Shown here: piece after piece, positions 19,827-29,628 of the stretch
How positions within the stretch are numbered: the first letter of the stretch is position 1
Layout of the letters: every line of letters starts with the position of its first letter
Assembly: GCA_020724865.1 (NCBI GenBank)
Contig: DYGA01000006.1
Coordinates: 1 to 52,318, forward strand
Source of the DNA: Candidatus Paceibacter sp.
GTDB taxonomy: Bacteria > Patescibacteriota > Patescibacteriia > S139-126
DNA length: 52,318 nt
Reading direction: 5' to 3'
Notes under the pieces: model-generated
Databases searched by the model: none
Told to the model about the DNA's origin: nothing
Seen by the model: only the letters and a program-made list of their open reading frames with translations
Program-made: the position numbers and the translations under genes

Positions 19827-20840
19827 TTATTTAGTAGCTAAAATACTACGTTTATAAGATTCTAAATTTTCTAAGGCTATACCAGTTCCTTTAACTACAC
19901 ACAACATTGGGTCATCGGCTACATAGGCTGGAACTCCAGTGGCTTGAGAAATTAAAGTATCCAAACGACGTAAACTTGAAGTCCCGCCAGTAAAAACAAT
20001 ACCTTTATCAATAATATCAGCTGATAACTCGGGTGGGGTTTTTTGTAACACTAATTTTATGGCGTTTATTATTGCTTCTAATTCATCCTGAATAGCTTCG
20101 GTTATATCATCTGAAGTTAAGGTAATAGTTCTTGGTAACCCCGTAACCATATCACGACCTCTAACATCTTTTGTTAAAACATCTTTGGAATCAAAAAATA
20201 AAGCCGAGCCAATTTCTTTTTTTACTTCTTCAGCTGTCTGTTCACCAATAGCTAAATTATATTTACGTCTTGTATAATCTTGTATGGCGGCATCAAACTT
20301 ATTACCTCCAATTCTAATTGAAGTAGAAGCAACAATACCACCCAATGAAATTACGGCTATTTCAGCTGTGCCACCACCGATATCAACTACCATATGGCCA
20401 GAAGCTGATCCAATCGGAATATTAGCACCTATTGCGGCAGCAATTGGTTCTTTAATAATATATGCGGCCTTTGCACCTGCGGCTAAAGTTGCATCGATTA
20501 CCGCGCGCCTTTCAGTTGACGTAATCCCCGCGGGTACAGAAACCATAACTTCTGGACGAAAAAATTTTACACCACCTAAAGCTTTATTTATAAAATATCT
20601 CAACATTGCTTCAGTAGTTTTATAATCAGCAATAACACCATCTTTTAAAGGCCTAGAAGCAATAATAGTATCAGGTGTTCGGCCTAACATTTCTTTGGCT
20701 TCCAAACCCACAGCCAATACTTTATTATCAATTTTGGATATGGCAACAACAGATGGTTCGTTAATAACTATCCCTCTTTTGGGTATATGTACCAAAGAAT
20801 AAGTTGTACCCAAATCAATACCAATTTTTTTTACAAACAT
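19827..20840 (-). CDS. mreB: Second MreB-family actin (MreB/Mbl-like)
   Basis: GIDLGT, EPSVVA, EPIAAAIGA, DIGGGT; start chosen at MFVKKIG (20840). Confidence 0.92.
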   Translation of the reverse strand: MFVKKIGIDLGTTYSLVHIPKRGIVINEPSVVAISKIDNKVLAVGLEAKEMLGRTPDTIIASRPLKDGVIADYKTTEAMLRYFINKALGGVKFFRPEVMVSVPAGITSTERRAVIDATLAAGAKAAYIIKEPIAAAIGANIPIGSASGHMVVDIGGGTAEIAVISLGGIVASTSIRIGGNKFDAAIQDYTRRKYNLAIGEQTAEEVKKEIGSALFFDSKDVLTKDVRGRDMVTGLPRTITLTSDDITEAIQDELEAIINAIKLVLQKTPPELSADIIDKGIVFTGGTSSLRRLDTLISQATGVPAYVADDPMLCVVKGTGIALENLESYKRSILATK

Positions 20841-20941
20841 AAAAATAATAGCAAAATTCAAAATATAAAAACAAATAAATTAAATATTTTTTCATAACAA
20901 TTTTACTCTGTTTAAATTAAATTGTCAATTTTTAGCTAAAA

Positions 20942-21733
20942 TTAGCTAATTTTATCAAGATTTTTAAATTTCCAAAAATATTTAAACCAAGAAATAAAAT
21001 GAATAAAATTTAATTTTGAAAAAAACTTTTCTGCTGATTCTCGCATATGATAATGAACCAACTGTGCAGTTGGTAAATAAATGATCTCCCAACCGTGTAA
21101 CCAAAAACGCCGACACCAATCTGTATCTTCAACATATAAGAAATAACGTTCATCAAGTAAACCAATGTTTTCTATAGCTTCACGCCTGACCAATAAACAA
21201 GCCCCTAATGCCCAATCTACTTTCCTAATTGTTAAGTGATCCCAATCTTTATACAAGTACCAATCTTGCCATTTTTTTGCCCATTTAGATTTGCCTAAAA
21301 AAGTTCGTCTGATAAGTGGTAACCACCATTTAGGAAATCTCATAACCGAATATTGAATACTTTTATCAGGATTTAACAGTTGAGGTACAACCATACCCGC
21401 AGTTTTGTTTTGTTTTAAATATTCTACCATCTTTTCTATTGAACCAGCTAAAACTGCAATATCGGGATTAAGTATTAAAATATAATCACCCTTAGCAACT
21501 TTTATCCCCGCATTATTACCAGCAGCAAAACCTTTATTTTTGTCTAAAAATACGAAATTAACTTGTTTAAACAAATTAGGTAAATTTGACAATCTATCAG
21601 GTGAATTGTTATCCACAACAATTACTTCATAACTAAGATGTGATAGATTTTTTTCTATACCTTTTAAACATTGTTTAACTAAGCCAGTTGATCGATAGTT
21701 TAAAATAACTATTGATAATTCTACTTTAGCCAT
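20942..21733 (-). CDS. Glycosyltransferase family 2 (rhamnosyltransferase-like)
   Basis: VVDNNS, NKGFAAGNN, LNPD, YVEDTDWC. Confidence 0.9.
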   Translation of the reverse strand: MAKVELSIVILNYRSTGLVKQCLKGIEKNLSHLSYEVIVVDNNSPDRLSNLPNLFKQVNFVFLDKNKGFAAGNNAGIKVAKGDYILILNPDIAVLAGSIEKMVEYLKQNKTAGMVVPQLLNPDKSIQYSVMRFPKWWLPLIRRTFLGKSKWAKKWQDWYLYKDWDHLTIRKVDWALGACLLVRREAIENIGLLDERYFLYVEDTDWCRRFWLHGWEIIYLPTAQLVHYHMRESAEKFFSKLNFIHFISWFKYFWKFKNLDKIS

Positions 21734-22755
21734 AATAATAAACCGTTAGATTTAATTTTTTTATTTGTAAAAATATATTTTCTTTTTTTCATTAATATTT
21801 TAAAATTTTTAAAAATTTCCAACCAAGCTTTAAAAAATAGATGGGGTCGGATAAAAATCAAAAAAACAGCTTTTTTAAATTCATACCAAGAAATAAAAAT
21901 AAAATTAGTGATAAAAAGTGGCCAACTTAAATTTTTTATTAAACAATATAGATGGTTACGATAAGAAAGATAATTAATAAATTTAGGTTTAGTAAAATAA
22001 TTTTTAATCAAAAGCTGATATTTTTTGTAATTGAAATTTTGACTGGCTGATCGCTTATGATAAACGATTGCCTGAGGTAAGTTGACAATATCCCAGTTTC
22101 TCCAACGTAACCGCCAAGATAAATCAATATCTTCTTTATAAGCAAAAAAAGATTCATCAAAAAATTGTCTTTCCCAAGCGACATCATACAAAGCACTACG
22201 ACGGAAAATGACTGCTGTACCAGTAAAACCAAAAACTGGCTTGATGTCAAAATTATCATTTTTTTCAATTTTTTTTCCTTCAAATAAATTAAAAAATCTA
22301 AAACTTCTATCAAAACTAATACCTAAACTATCAATAATTTTTTCATTACTAGATTCTAACCATTTATAAATGGTCGGATTTACTGCTGCAACTTTGGGGT
22401 ATGAATCTAAAAAACTAAGAGTTTCAATAAAAAAATTACTATCTAAATACAAATCTTGATTTAAAATTAAAACATATTTACCACTGGTCCAATGTATACC
22501 TTGATTATAAGCTTTGGCAAACCCAATATTTTGTTTGTTTTTAACAACGGTAATATTGGGTTGTAAATTATCTTCAATAATTGACAATGTATGGTCAGCC
22601 GAATTATTATCAATAATTAATAAATCAAAAAAATCTTTTCGATTGTCAATAAATTCACTTGGTAATTTTTGATTAAAAATTGATTGTAAACATTTTTCGA
22701 TATACAACTGTCCGTTCCAAGTTACTATGATTATGGAAATTTTAGGCTGTTTCAT
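21721..22755 (-). CDS. Glycosyltransferase family 2
   Basis: IIDNNS, NIGFAKAYN, LNQD, YKEDIDLSWR. Confidence 0.9.
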   Translation of the reverse strand: MKQPKISIIIVTWNGQLYIEKCLQSIFNQKLPSEFIDNRKDFFDLLIIDNNSADHTLSIIEDNLQPNITVVKNKQNIGFAKAYNQGIHWTSGKYVLILNQDLYLDSNFFIETLSFLDSYPKVAAVNPTIYKWLESSNEKIIDSLGISFDRSFRFFNLFEGKKIEKNDNFDIKPVFGFTGTAVIFRRSALYDVAWERQFFDESFFAYKEDIDLSWRLRWRNWDIVNLPQAIVYHKRSASQNFNYKKYQLLIKNYFTKPKFINYLSYRNHLYCLIKNLSWPLFITNFIFISWYEFKKAVFLIFIRPHLFFKAWLEIFKNFKILMKKRKYIFTNKKIKSNGLLLWLK

Positions 22756-24208
22756 TTTTATTACTTATTGCCAATAACCAAAAAATTATACCAATACCTA
22801 ACGGATGGTTTAAGTATGGTGTAGTTAGATTAGTTATTAATATTGTCATAAAACCAAAGGTAAAAGCAATAGCTAAGGGTTTAGCGGTTAAAATTGTTCT
22901 TTCTATAACCCGGTATATAAATAAAAAATAAACTAATAAACCAAATAAACCAATCTTTAACCAAATATCCAAATAACCCAATTCGAAAGCATAAGTACTA
23001 TAATTGGCAGCATATTCTTCTCCCAGAGACATTATACGTGGGTCCGTGCTTTTATAAGTTACTTTAGTGCCAAAGCCGCTGCCCAAAAAAGGACTTTGTT
23101 TTATAGCCAATAATAGGGGTACAAACTGATTCAAACGACTATTACCAGCCGCTTCGCTGGCTGGATTTTTTAGACGACTTACAAATAAATCAGTCTGACT
23201 GGAATCAACTTGCGGCCAAGGAAATTTTACAATAATAAAAATTAAACTTAAAGCTAGTAAAAAAACTATTACAAAATTTAAAATAACTGTAATAGTTTTT
23301 TTTCCTGTTTTATTAAATAAAAAATAAATAAAAAGTGAAACCAAAATTAAAACAAGTGCCAACCAAAAGGAACGAGAATAACTCATTAACACCACTGCTA
23401 GACTAAAAAACATAAAAATACTAATTGGTAAAATTTGGGTTTTACTCAAATTATCTTTATAAATTATCCATAGTAAATATATTAAAACTGTCAAAATAAA
23501 TAGAGCAAAAATATGACTTTGCATGAATATTCTCCAAAAATTACCTCCAGCGAAAGTGATTTCTCCCAATCTAAAATCTCTTGTCCAATTATAAATATAA
23601 TTGTTAAGGGTAGTAAAATTATGAGAAAATAAATATAAAATTATTGAGGTTTTAAAAAATAACCAAGCTAAAGCCGACAAGATCAAATTCCACAAATCAT
23701 TCAAATATTTTTTATCAAACAATAACCAGGGAAACAGCAAAAATAAATAAAACCAGCCATTGGCATCAAGCGCAATATCCAGCTTTTCATTTTTTAATAG
23801 ACCATTTAAAATACTGAACAGTAAAAAAAGTAACAAAATAAAAAAAGCATATAAGATTTTTTTATTTTGTTTATAAATATAAATAGTTTTTTTATAATTT
23901 AAAACAAAATCTTTTAACCATACCAACATAATAATTGCCCAGATAAACATTCTCCAAGATATAGTTTGGGAAAATAATTCTATGTTAAATAAATAACCAA
24001 AAGAACCAACCATTAATTCACCAGAGGCAATCAATAAGCCATAATTTAAATTTTTCCAGGTAATTATCAATGTGGTTAAAACTATCAAAATAAAAATAAA
24101 ATTGTTTATTAAAGGATAATACCAGGTTAAAAATGATAAAATTTCAAGAAAAAGAAAAATTATAATAACAATAAAAAATTTTTTTGTATTTAAATAAATT
24201 TCATTCAT
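22742..24208 (-). CDS. O-antigen ligase/Wzy-like polytopic membrane protein
   Basis: Many TM helices, SYSRSFW, P-x-x-G-x-G-F-G loop, GLFG; located in GT cluster; start chosen at MNEIY (24208). Confidence 0.8.
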   Translation of the reverse strand: MNEIYLNTKKFFIVIIIFLFLEILSFLTWYYPLINNFIFILIVLTTLIITWKNLNYGLLIASGELMVGSFGYLFNIELFSQTISWRMFIWAIIMLVWLKDFVLNYKKTIYIYKQNKKILYAFFILLLFLLFSILNGLLKNEKLDIALDANGWFYLFLLFPWLLFDKKYLNDLWNLILSALAWLFFKTSIILYLFSHNFTTLNNYIYNWTRDFRLGEITFAGGNFWRIFMQSHIFALFILTVLIYLLWIIYKDNLSKTQILPISIFMFFSLAVVLMSYSRSFWLALVLILVSLFIYFLFNKTGKKTITVILNFVIVFLLALSLIFIIVKFPWPQVDSSQTDLFVSRLKNPASEAAGNSRLNQFVPLLLAIKQSPFLGSGFGTKVTYKSTDPRIMSLGEEYAANYSTYAFELGYLDIWLKIGLFGLLVYFLFIYRVIERTILTAKPLAIAFTFGFMTILITNLTTPYLNHPLGIGIIFWLLAISNKNETA

Positions 24209-24209
24209 A

Positions 24210-25067
24210 CTATTTTTTTCTTTCCAAAATTTGTACAAGTAAAGCTAAAAATAAACTAATTGGTTCAAAAACTTTTAAAAAATAAAAATCAATTTTTTTA
24301 AAATGTTTTTTTGCATAATAGAACAGACTGCGATTAAATAAAATTTGTTCGGGTAGTGCTAATAATTGTTTAAAACTAGATCTCCGATAGTGAATAATTT
24401 TTGCGGCTGATTGATAATAAACCAACAAACCAGACTGTTTTGCCCGCAGACAAAAATCTACCTCTTCAAACCAAATAAAAAAATTTTTATCAAATCCATT
24501 CAATTTATTCCAGACTTGGCGACTGGTACCAAAAAAAGCGCCCATCACCTGATCAACTTGGGCTGATTGCTGATAATTAAAATTTTTTTCTAAATAATTA
24601 TTTAGTAAACTGGGAAATAAGTGTTGGAGTTTTAGCAACAAAACCAAAAAATCTTTAACTTTGGGAAATTTCCGCACTGAAGGCTGAATAGTTTCGTCTG
24701 GATTCAATATCATTCCCCCGACCACACCATAATTTTCATTTTCTTCTAAAGTTTTAGTAATAAAATATAATGAGTTGTCTAAAACTTTAGTATCATCATT
24801 TAAAAATATAAAAAAATCACCACGGGCTAATTCTACGCCCTGCCAACAAGCTTGAGCAAAACCTAAATTTTCTTTATTGGATAAAGTAATTACCTGCGGA
24901 TAATTTTTTCTCACCGCCTCAACACTACCATCATTAGATGCATTATCAACCACAATCACTTCAAAATCAATATTTTGTTCGGTACTATACAAAGAATCAA
25001 TTGTTTGCAATAACAAATCTTTAACCCGCCAAGAAACAATTATAACTGATAATTTAACTTCAGACAT
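24210..25067 (-). CDS. Glycosyltransferase family 2
   Basis: VVDNASNDG, NLGFA, FLNDD, WFEEVDFC. Confidence 0.9.
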   Translation of the reverse strand: MSEVKLSVIIVSWRVKDLLLQTIDSLYSTEQNIDFEVIVVDNASNDGSVEAVRKNYPQVITLSNKENLGFAQACWQGVELARGDFFIFLNDDTKVLDNSLYFITKTLEENENYGVVGGMILNPDETIQPSVRKFPKVKDFLVLLLKLQHLFPSLLNNYLEKNFNYQQSAQVDQVMGAFFGTSRQVWNKLNGFDKNFFIWFEEVDFCLRAKQSGLLVYYQSAAKIIHYRRSSFKQLLALPEQILFNRSLFYYAKKHFKKIDFYFLKVFEPISLFLALLVQILERKK

Positions 25068-25156
25068 ATAATAATTTTACACTCTTTTATAAAATTAAAA
25101 AAGCAATATAAAAAATGAAAGATATCTATTATTTTGATAAATTTTTACTTACCGTT

Positions 25157-25861
25157 TTAAGATTTATCCGGTAAGTTGTGCTTGATTTGTATGATTTTTT
25201 TGGCAGTAAAATATTCGCTAATTATTTTTGGTGTCCAACCAAATATTGGCCAAGGTATTTTATAGACAAAACTTGGCAACCAAGTAGAAATATGTCCTTG
25301 TCTTGGTTTAATTATCTTATAATAAAATTTGTTTAAACCTAGACCCTTTTTGCCTTTAGACAACATGGTTAACCATAAATCCCAATCTTGGAATTTTTTC
25401 AGAGATTCATCAAAACCAGGGAAATCTTCACGTCTAATCAGAGAAGATGTATGAATATAATTTATTTTTTTTAATTTTTCCTCATTCCAAGATACGCAAT
25501 TAATAGCTTTGCCACCGAGTCGATATGAAGAATAAACGTAACTAATATGAGGATTATCGTCTAAAATTTTTTTCATATCCGCAAGCATATTGGGATCCAT
25601 AATAACATCATCATCAAGAAAAATAACATACTTTCCTTTAGATAAGCTAAATCCTTTATTTCTTGCTGCCGGCGCGCCTTGGTGTGATTGACGAAAGTAA
25701 TTAACTTGGGGATATTTTTTTATAACATCACTTAAATCTTGATCAGAACCATCATCAATTATTATAATTTCATAATCCTTATAAGTCTGTTTACAGATAT
25801 TTGCTAAACATAAATCTAAAAGTTTTTTATGATTATAAGTTGGAATAATAATTGATATCAT
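25157..25861 (-). CDS. Glycosyltransferase family 2 (GT-A)
   Basis: SIIIPTYN, IDDGS, ARNKG, FLDDD, QDWDLW. Confidence 0.9.
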   Translation of the reverse strand: MISIIIPTYNHKKLLDLCLANICKQTYKDYEIIIIDDGSDQDLSDVIKKYPQVNYFRQSHQGAPAARNKGFSLSKGKYVIFLDDDVIMDPNMLADMKKILDDNPHISYVYSSYRLGGKAINCVSWNEEKLKKINYIHTSSLIRREDFPGFDESLKKFQDWDLWLTMLSKGKKGLGLNKFYYKIIKPRQGHISTWLPSFVYKIPWPIFGWTPKIISEYFTAKKIIQIKHNLPDKS

Positions 25862-25865
25862 ATTT

Positions 25866-26966
25866 TTAGACCAAAATATTTGTCAATTTTTGTGCTTGTT
25901 TTTCCCAACTAAATGATACTGCCCACTCATGATTATTGTAACCAAGTTTAGCCAATAATTCAGGCTGAGAAAATAAATCAATTATATTTTTAGCTATAAA
26001 TTCTGAAGTAGAATTTTCTGGTACTAAAATACCTGTCAAGTTATGTTTAACTGCCTCAGATACCCCGCCGCTATTTGTTGCAAATACGGGCAAATAAAAC
26101 AATCCTGCCTCAATATAAACCATACCAAATCCTTCCACATCACCGTTAAGATTATGTGGTAACATAACAAATAAATCTTGTTTTTGATATAAATGCGCCA
26201 GTTCATCATCAGCTAATCTGCCGGTGAAAATTATTTTTTTATGGCTAGAATCAATTTTTTTCGCTAAATTTTGCAAGCGTTCCCAATCTGGACCATCACC
26301 AACGATAGTATAAATAATTTGAGGAAATCTTTCCCAAATCTGTGGTAAGGATAAAATCATTTTATCTATCCCCTTCCTGGGAACTAGCCTTGCAGTGGTT
26401 ATAATTTTATATTTCAACAAAAAATCTTTCCGGGGTAATTTTTTTGATAATTCAATCAATTTAATTTGCGGACAAGGAGTAAGAATTAATATTTTTTGTG
26501 CGGAGATAGAATACTTGGTGTTTAAAATACCGGCGGTAAAATTTGAATTAGCAATTATTTTTTCTGCGGTTTGTAAAATAATATTTGCCAATATTTTTTT
26601 TCTACCTTGTAAATGTAAAATATCAAAACCGTGGCAAGAAACAAAATATTTATCTATAAATTTAATCTTTTTTAAAAACCATAAAACTGTTCCAACTGGC
26701 AATACTTGAGCAGCAATAAAATACTTAAAATTATATTTTTTTTTCAAATTGATAAGGACAAAAATCATTTTTATCCATTTTAACCACCAATGCTCAAATA
26801 ATAATTTTTCTCTTAAAATATTACTTTCATCAGAATAACTTTTTATTTTCGGAGCTAAGATATAGAAATCATTGTGTTTTAAATATTGATTTAATCCGGC
26901 CCAATAATTAGCCACCCCTCCTGATTGCGGCAAAAAATCTAAAGTTATCAATAGCGTTTTCAACAT
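25866..26966 (-). CDS. Glycosyltransferase family 4 (PimB-like)
   Basis: ARLVPRKG, VGDGP, VEGFGMVYIEA. Confidence 0.9.
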   Translation of the reverse strand: MLKTLLITLDFLPQSGGVANYWAGLNQYLKHNDFYILAPKIKSYSDESNILREKLLFEHWWLKWIKMIFVLINLKKKYNFKYFIAAQVLPVGTVLWFLKKIKFIDKYFVSCHGFDILHLQGRKKILANIILQTAEKIIANSNFTAGILNTKYSISAQKILILTPCPQIKLIELSKKLPRKDFLLKYKIITTARLVPRKGIDKMILSLPQIWERFPQIIYTIVGDGPDWERLQNLAKKIDSSHKKIIFTGRLADDELAHLYQKQDLFVMLPHNLNGDVEGFGMVYIEAGLFYLPVFATNSGGVSEAVKHNLTGILVPENSTSEFIAKNIIDLFSQPELLAKLGYNNHEWAVSFSWEKQAQKLTNILV

Positions 26967-26971
26967 AATAT

Positions 26972-28414
26972 TTAATTTCTTTTAAAAGATAGCAGTACCT
27001 GCTTAATATCACGGCTAGTAATAGATTTAATAATAATTTGAATAATTAAATAAAATAAACTACCAAATATAGCACTAACCAACCAATTGAAGTATTGCAA
27101 ACTAAAAAATATTATTATTATCATAAAAGTACTAGCAAATAACGTCTTAATAGTTACCTTAAGTAAGTATTTATAATCTATCTTTAATAAACTTTTGGCA
27201 ATAAATAAATTAAGCAAAAATAAAATAAATGTGCTTAAAAATGAAGCAATTGCAGCACCAACCGCCTGAAATTGAGGAATTAAAAATAAATTTAATAAAA
27301 TATTAAATATCATAGCTAAACCAATATTTAAAGTATTTCTACTTTGTTTATTAGCCGCATTAAGTAAAGAACCTAAAGGAAAATTTATAAACAAAAATAT
27401 TAAACTGGCAATTAAAATCTGTAAAGGTAATATTGAACCGATATATTCTTCAGTATAAAGAGTTAAAATAAATTTATCAGCTAAAAAAATAATGCCAAAA
27501 CTTAATGGTATAGTTAAAATCAATAAATAATAAACGGCGCGAGTAAAAGCTTTATTCAACATGTCTTTATCATGAGTAAAATAAGTGCTCATAGCTGGAT
27601 AAAGAGACGCAACCAAAGCCAAAGGTAAAAATTGCAAGGCAAAAGTTAATTTATAAGCGACGGCATAATATCCTAAGGCGACATTGGAGGCTAATTTAGA
27701 TAAAAGAACTTGATCAAAAGCTCCATAAACTTTTGTAAAACCGGCGGAAAGAGCAAAAGGTAAAATTATTAAAAAAATTTTTTTCCAATAATCAAAATCA
27801 AAGGAAAATTTTATTTTTAAATTTAATTTCCAATATAACAAAGATAAGGCATAGAATAAATTTAAAATATTTACTGCTAATAAAACAAATAATAAAACTT
27901 GCAAATTAGTTGTAAATTGCAATGTGATAATACCAATGATTGTTATTAACAACTGTACGGTTACGGTACCAAAAGATTCGTATTTTAAATTGTGCCAACC
28001 GCGAATAATTGCGTAACAAGAAATTACCAACGATTCAACCAACATCAAAAAAGTTGCTATATAAATTAACTGTTTTGTTAAAATTTGATAACCTAACAGG
28101 TTTACTGTTAAAAAAATTATGACTACTGATAATATTGAACTAAAAATTTTAAAACCAAAAACATTACTCAATAATTTTTGTGATAATAAATGATCTTTAG
28201 CTACTTCTCTGGTGATAAAATGATTACTGCCAAAATCAACAATAATAGAAAATATAGTCACAAAAGATAAGGCAAATACGTATTGCCCCAAGTTTTCCGC
28301 ACCTAAAACGCGAGCCAAATAAGTAAAATAAACAAATGAAATTATTTTTTGTAAAATTAACGCCAAAGTAAACCAAGTTGTATTGGCTGCAATTTTTGTT
28401 TGTTCGTTAGACAT
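26972..28414 (-). CDS. Polysaccharide flippase (Wzx/MATE-like)
   Basis: ARVLG, DFG..TREVA, many TM helices, GAAIAS; heads the GT operon. Confidence 0.9.
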   Translation of the reverse strand: MSNEQTKIAANTTWFTLALILQKIISFVYFTYLARVLGAENLGQYVFALSFVTIFSIIVDFGSNHFITREVAKDHLLSQKLLSNVFGFKIFSSILSVVIIFLTVNLLGYQILTKQLIYIATFLMLVESLVISCYAIIRGWHNLKYESFGTVTVQLLITIIGIITLQFTTNLQVLLFVLLAVNILNLFYALSLLYWKLNLKIKFSFDFDYWKKIFLIILPFALSAGFTKVYGAFDQVLLSKLASNVALGYYAVAYKLTFALQFLPLALVASLYPAMSTYFTHDKDMLNKAFTRAVYYLLILTIPLSFGIIFLADKFILTLYTEEYIGSILPLQILIASLIFLFINFPLGSLLNAANKQSRNTLNIGLAMIFNILLNLFLIPQFQAVGAAIASFLSTFILFLLNLFIAKSLLKIDYKYLLKVTIKTLFASTFMIIIIFFSLQYFNWLVSAIFGSLFYLIIQIIIKSITSRDIKQVLLSFKRN

Positions 28415-28420
28415 ATAGTA

Positions 28421-28426
28421 ATTATA
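28421..28426 (-). promoter_or_regulatory. -10 box of flippase gene, likely leaderless
   Basis: Minus strand TATAAT, 6 nt, then ATG at 28414. Confidence 0.55.
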
Positions 28427-28443
28427 CCTTATCTAAACAACAA

Positions 28444-28476
28444 ATAAACAGCGATGCGTAAAGCATCGCTGTTTAT
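28444..28476 (-). terminator. Terminator after rpsI
   Basis: ataaacagcgatgc-gtaaa-gcatcgctgtttat 14-bp stem just after the rpsI stop. Confidence 0.85.
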
Positions 28477-28481
28477 GAGAA

Positions 28482-28904
28482 TTACCGTTTTTGCCATTGC
28501 GGAGCTCGTCTGGCCTTTTTCAAACCTGGTTTTTTTCTTTCTTTGATTCTAGAATCACGTGTCAATAAATTATATTTTTTTAAAACGGATCGAAGATCTT
28601 TATCCATGTCTACCATAGCTCTGGCAATGCCTAACTTAATTGCATCAGCCTGACCTTTAAAACCACCACCGCTAACCTGAACTACTACATCAAAATGCTC
28701 ACTTTTATCAACTAAAGCTAAAGGTTTTTTAATATTTAATAACAATTCTTGTCTGGGAAAATATTTTTCAACTTCTTTATCATTCACAAAAAATCTGCCT
28801 TTGCCTTTAGGATATAATCTCACTTTAGCAATGGCGTTTTTTCTTTTACCAATTGCTGCATAATATTTACCCTTGAATTCCAATGTATTTTCTTTAACCG
28901 ACAT
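28482..28904 (-). CDS. rpsI: 30S ribosomal protein S9
   Basis: GKRKNAIA, GGGFKGQA, ERKKPGLKKARRAPQWQKR. Confidence 0.97.
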   Translation of the reverse strand: MSVKENTLEFKGKYYAAIGKRKNAIAKVRLYPKGKGRFFVNDKEVEKYFPRQELLLNIKKPLALVDKSEHFDVVVQVSGGGFKGQADAIKLGIARAMVDMDKDLRSVLKKYNLLTRDSRIKERKKPGLKKARRAPQWQKR

Positions 28905-28907
28905 ATT

Positions 28908-29261
28908 TTATTTAAAAGTTAAACGTTTTATCATATGTTGTCTTAATTTATTTTTTGGCAACATATTGTGGACCGCTCTTTTGATAACTTGTTCGGGATT
29001 AGTGGAAATTAATTCTGATAATTTTTTTTGTTTTAAACCGCCCGGATAACCACTATAATGGGTATAAATTTTTTGATCTAATTTGGAACCAGTTATCTTA
29101 ATCTTGTCAGCATTATAAATAATAACACTATCACCGTTATCAAGATGGTGTGAAAAATTAACTTTGTTTTTACCTCGCAACAAATTAGCGACCCTGGTAG
29201 CCAACCTGCCTAAAACCTGCCCAGAGGCATCAATTTCATGAATTGTTCGCTTTGTCTTCAT
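28908..29261 (-). CDS. rplM: 50S ribosomal protein L13
   Basis: DASGQVLGRLA, HYSGYPGG, MLPKN. Confidence 0.96.
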   Translation of the reverse strand: MKTKRTIHEIDASGQVLGRLATRVANLLRGKNKVNFSHHLDNGDSVIIYNADKIKITGSKLDQKIYTHYSGYPGGLKQKKLSELISTNPEQVIKRAVHNMLPKNKLRQHMIKRLTFK

Positions 29262-29266
29262 AAAAA

Positions 29267-29620
29267 TTATTTTATTAACTCAATATAAACCAGTTCAGCG
29301 CCATCACCACGACGCTGATTGGCTTTATAAATTCTTGTATAACCACCCTGTCGATCTAAATAACGTGGCCCTAAAACCTCAAACAGCTTTTTTACAGAAT
29401 TTGGCGTAAACATACTTTTCATAATAATTCTCCGATTATGCAAGGAATCTTTTTTTGCCCGTGTAATCATAGTTTCAACCTTTGATCTAATAACTTTAGC
29501 TTTAGCTTCTGTAGTCTTTATTTTTTCATACAATATTAAACTTTCAGCTAAATTTCTTAGCATTAAATTTCTAGGTCCAACTTTGCGTTTGAATATTTTT
29601 CCTTTATGTAAATGTTTCAT
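29267..29620 (-). CDS. rplQ: 50S ribosomal protein L17
   Basis: IKTTEAKAK, RQGGYTRI, RRGD. Confidence 0.96.
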   Translation of the reverse strand: MKHLHKGKIFKRKVGPRNLMLRNLAESLILYEKIKTTEAKAKVIRSKVETMITRAKKDSLHNRRIIMKSMFTPNSVKKLFEVLGPRYLDRQGGYTRIYKANQRRGDGAELVYIELIK

Positions 29621-29628
29621 AGCTCATT

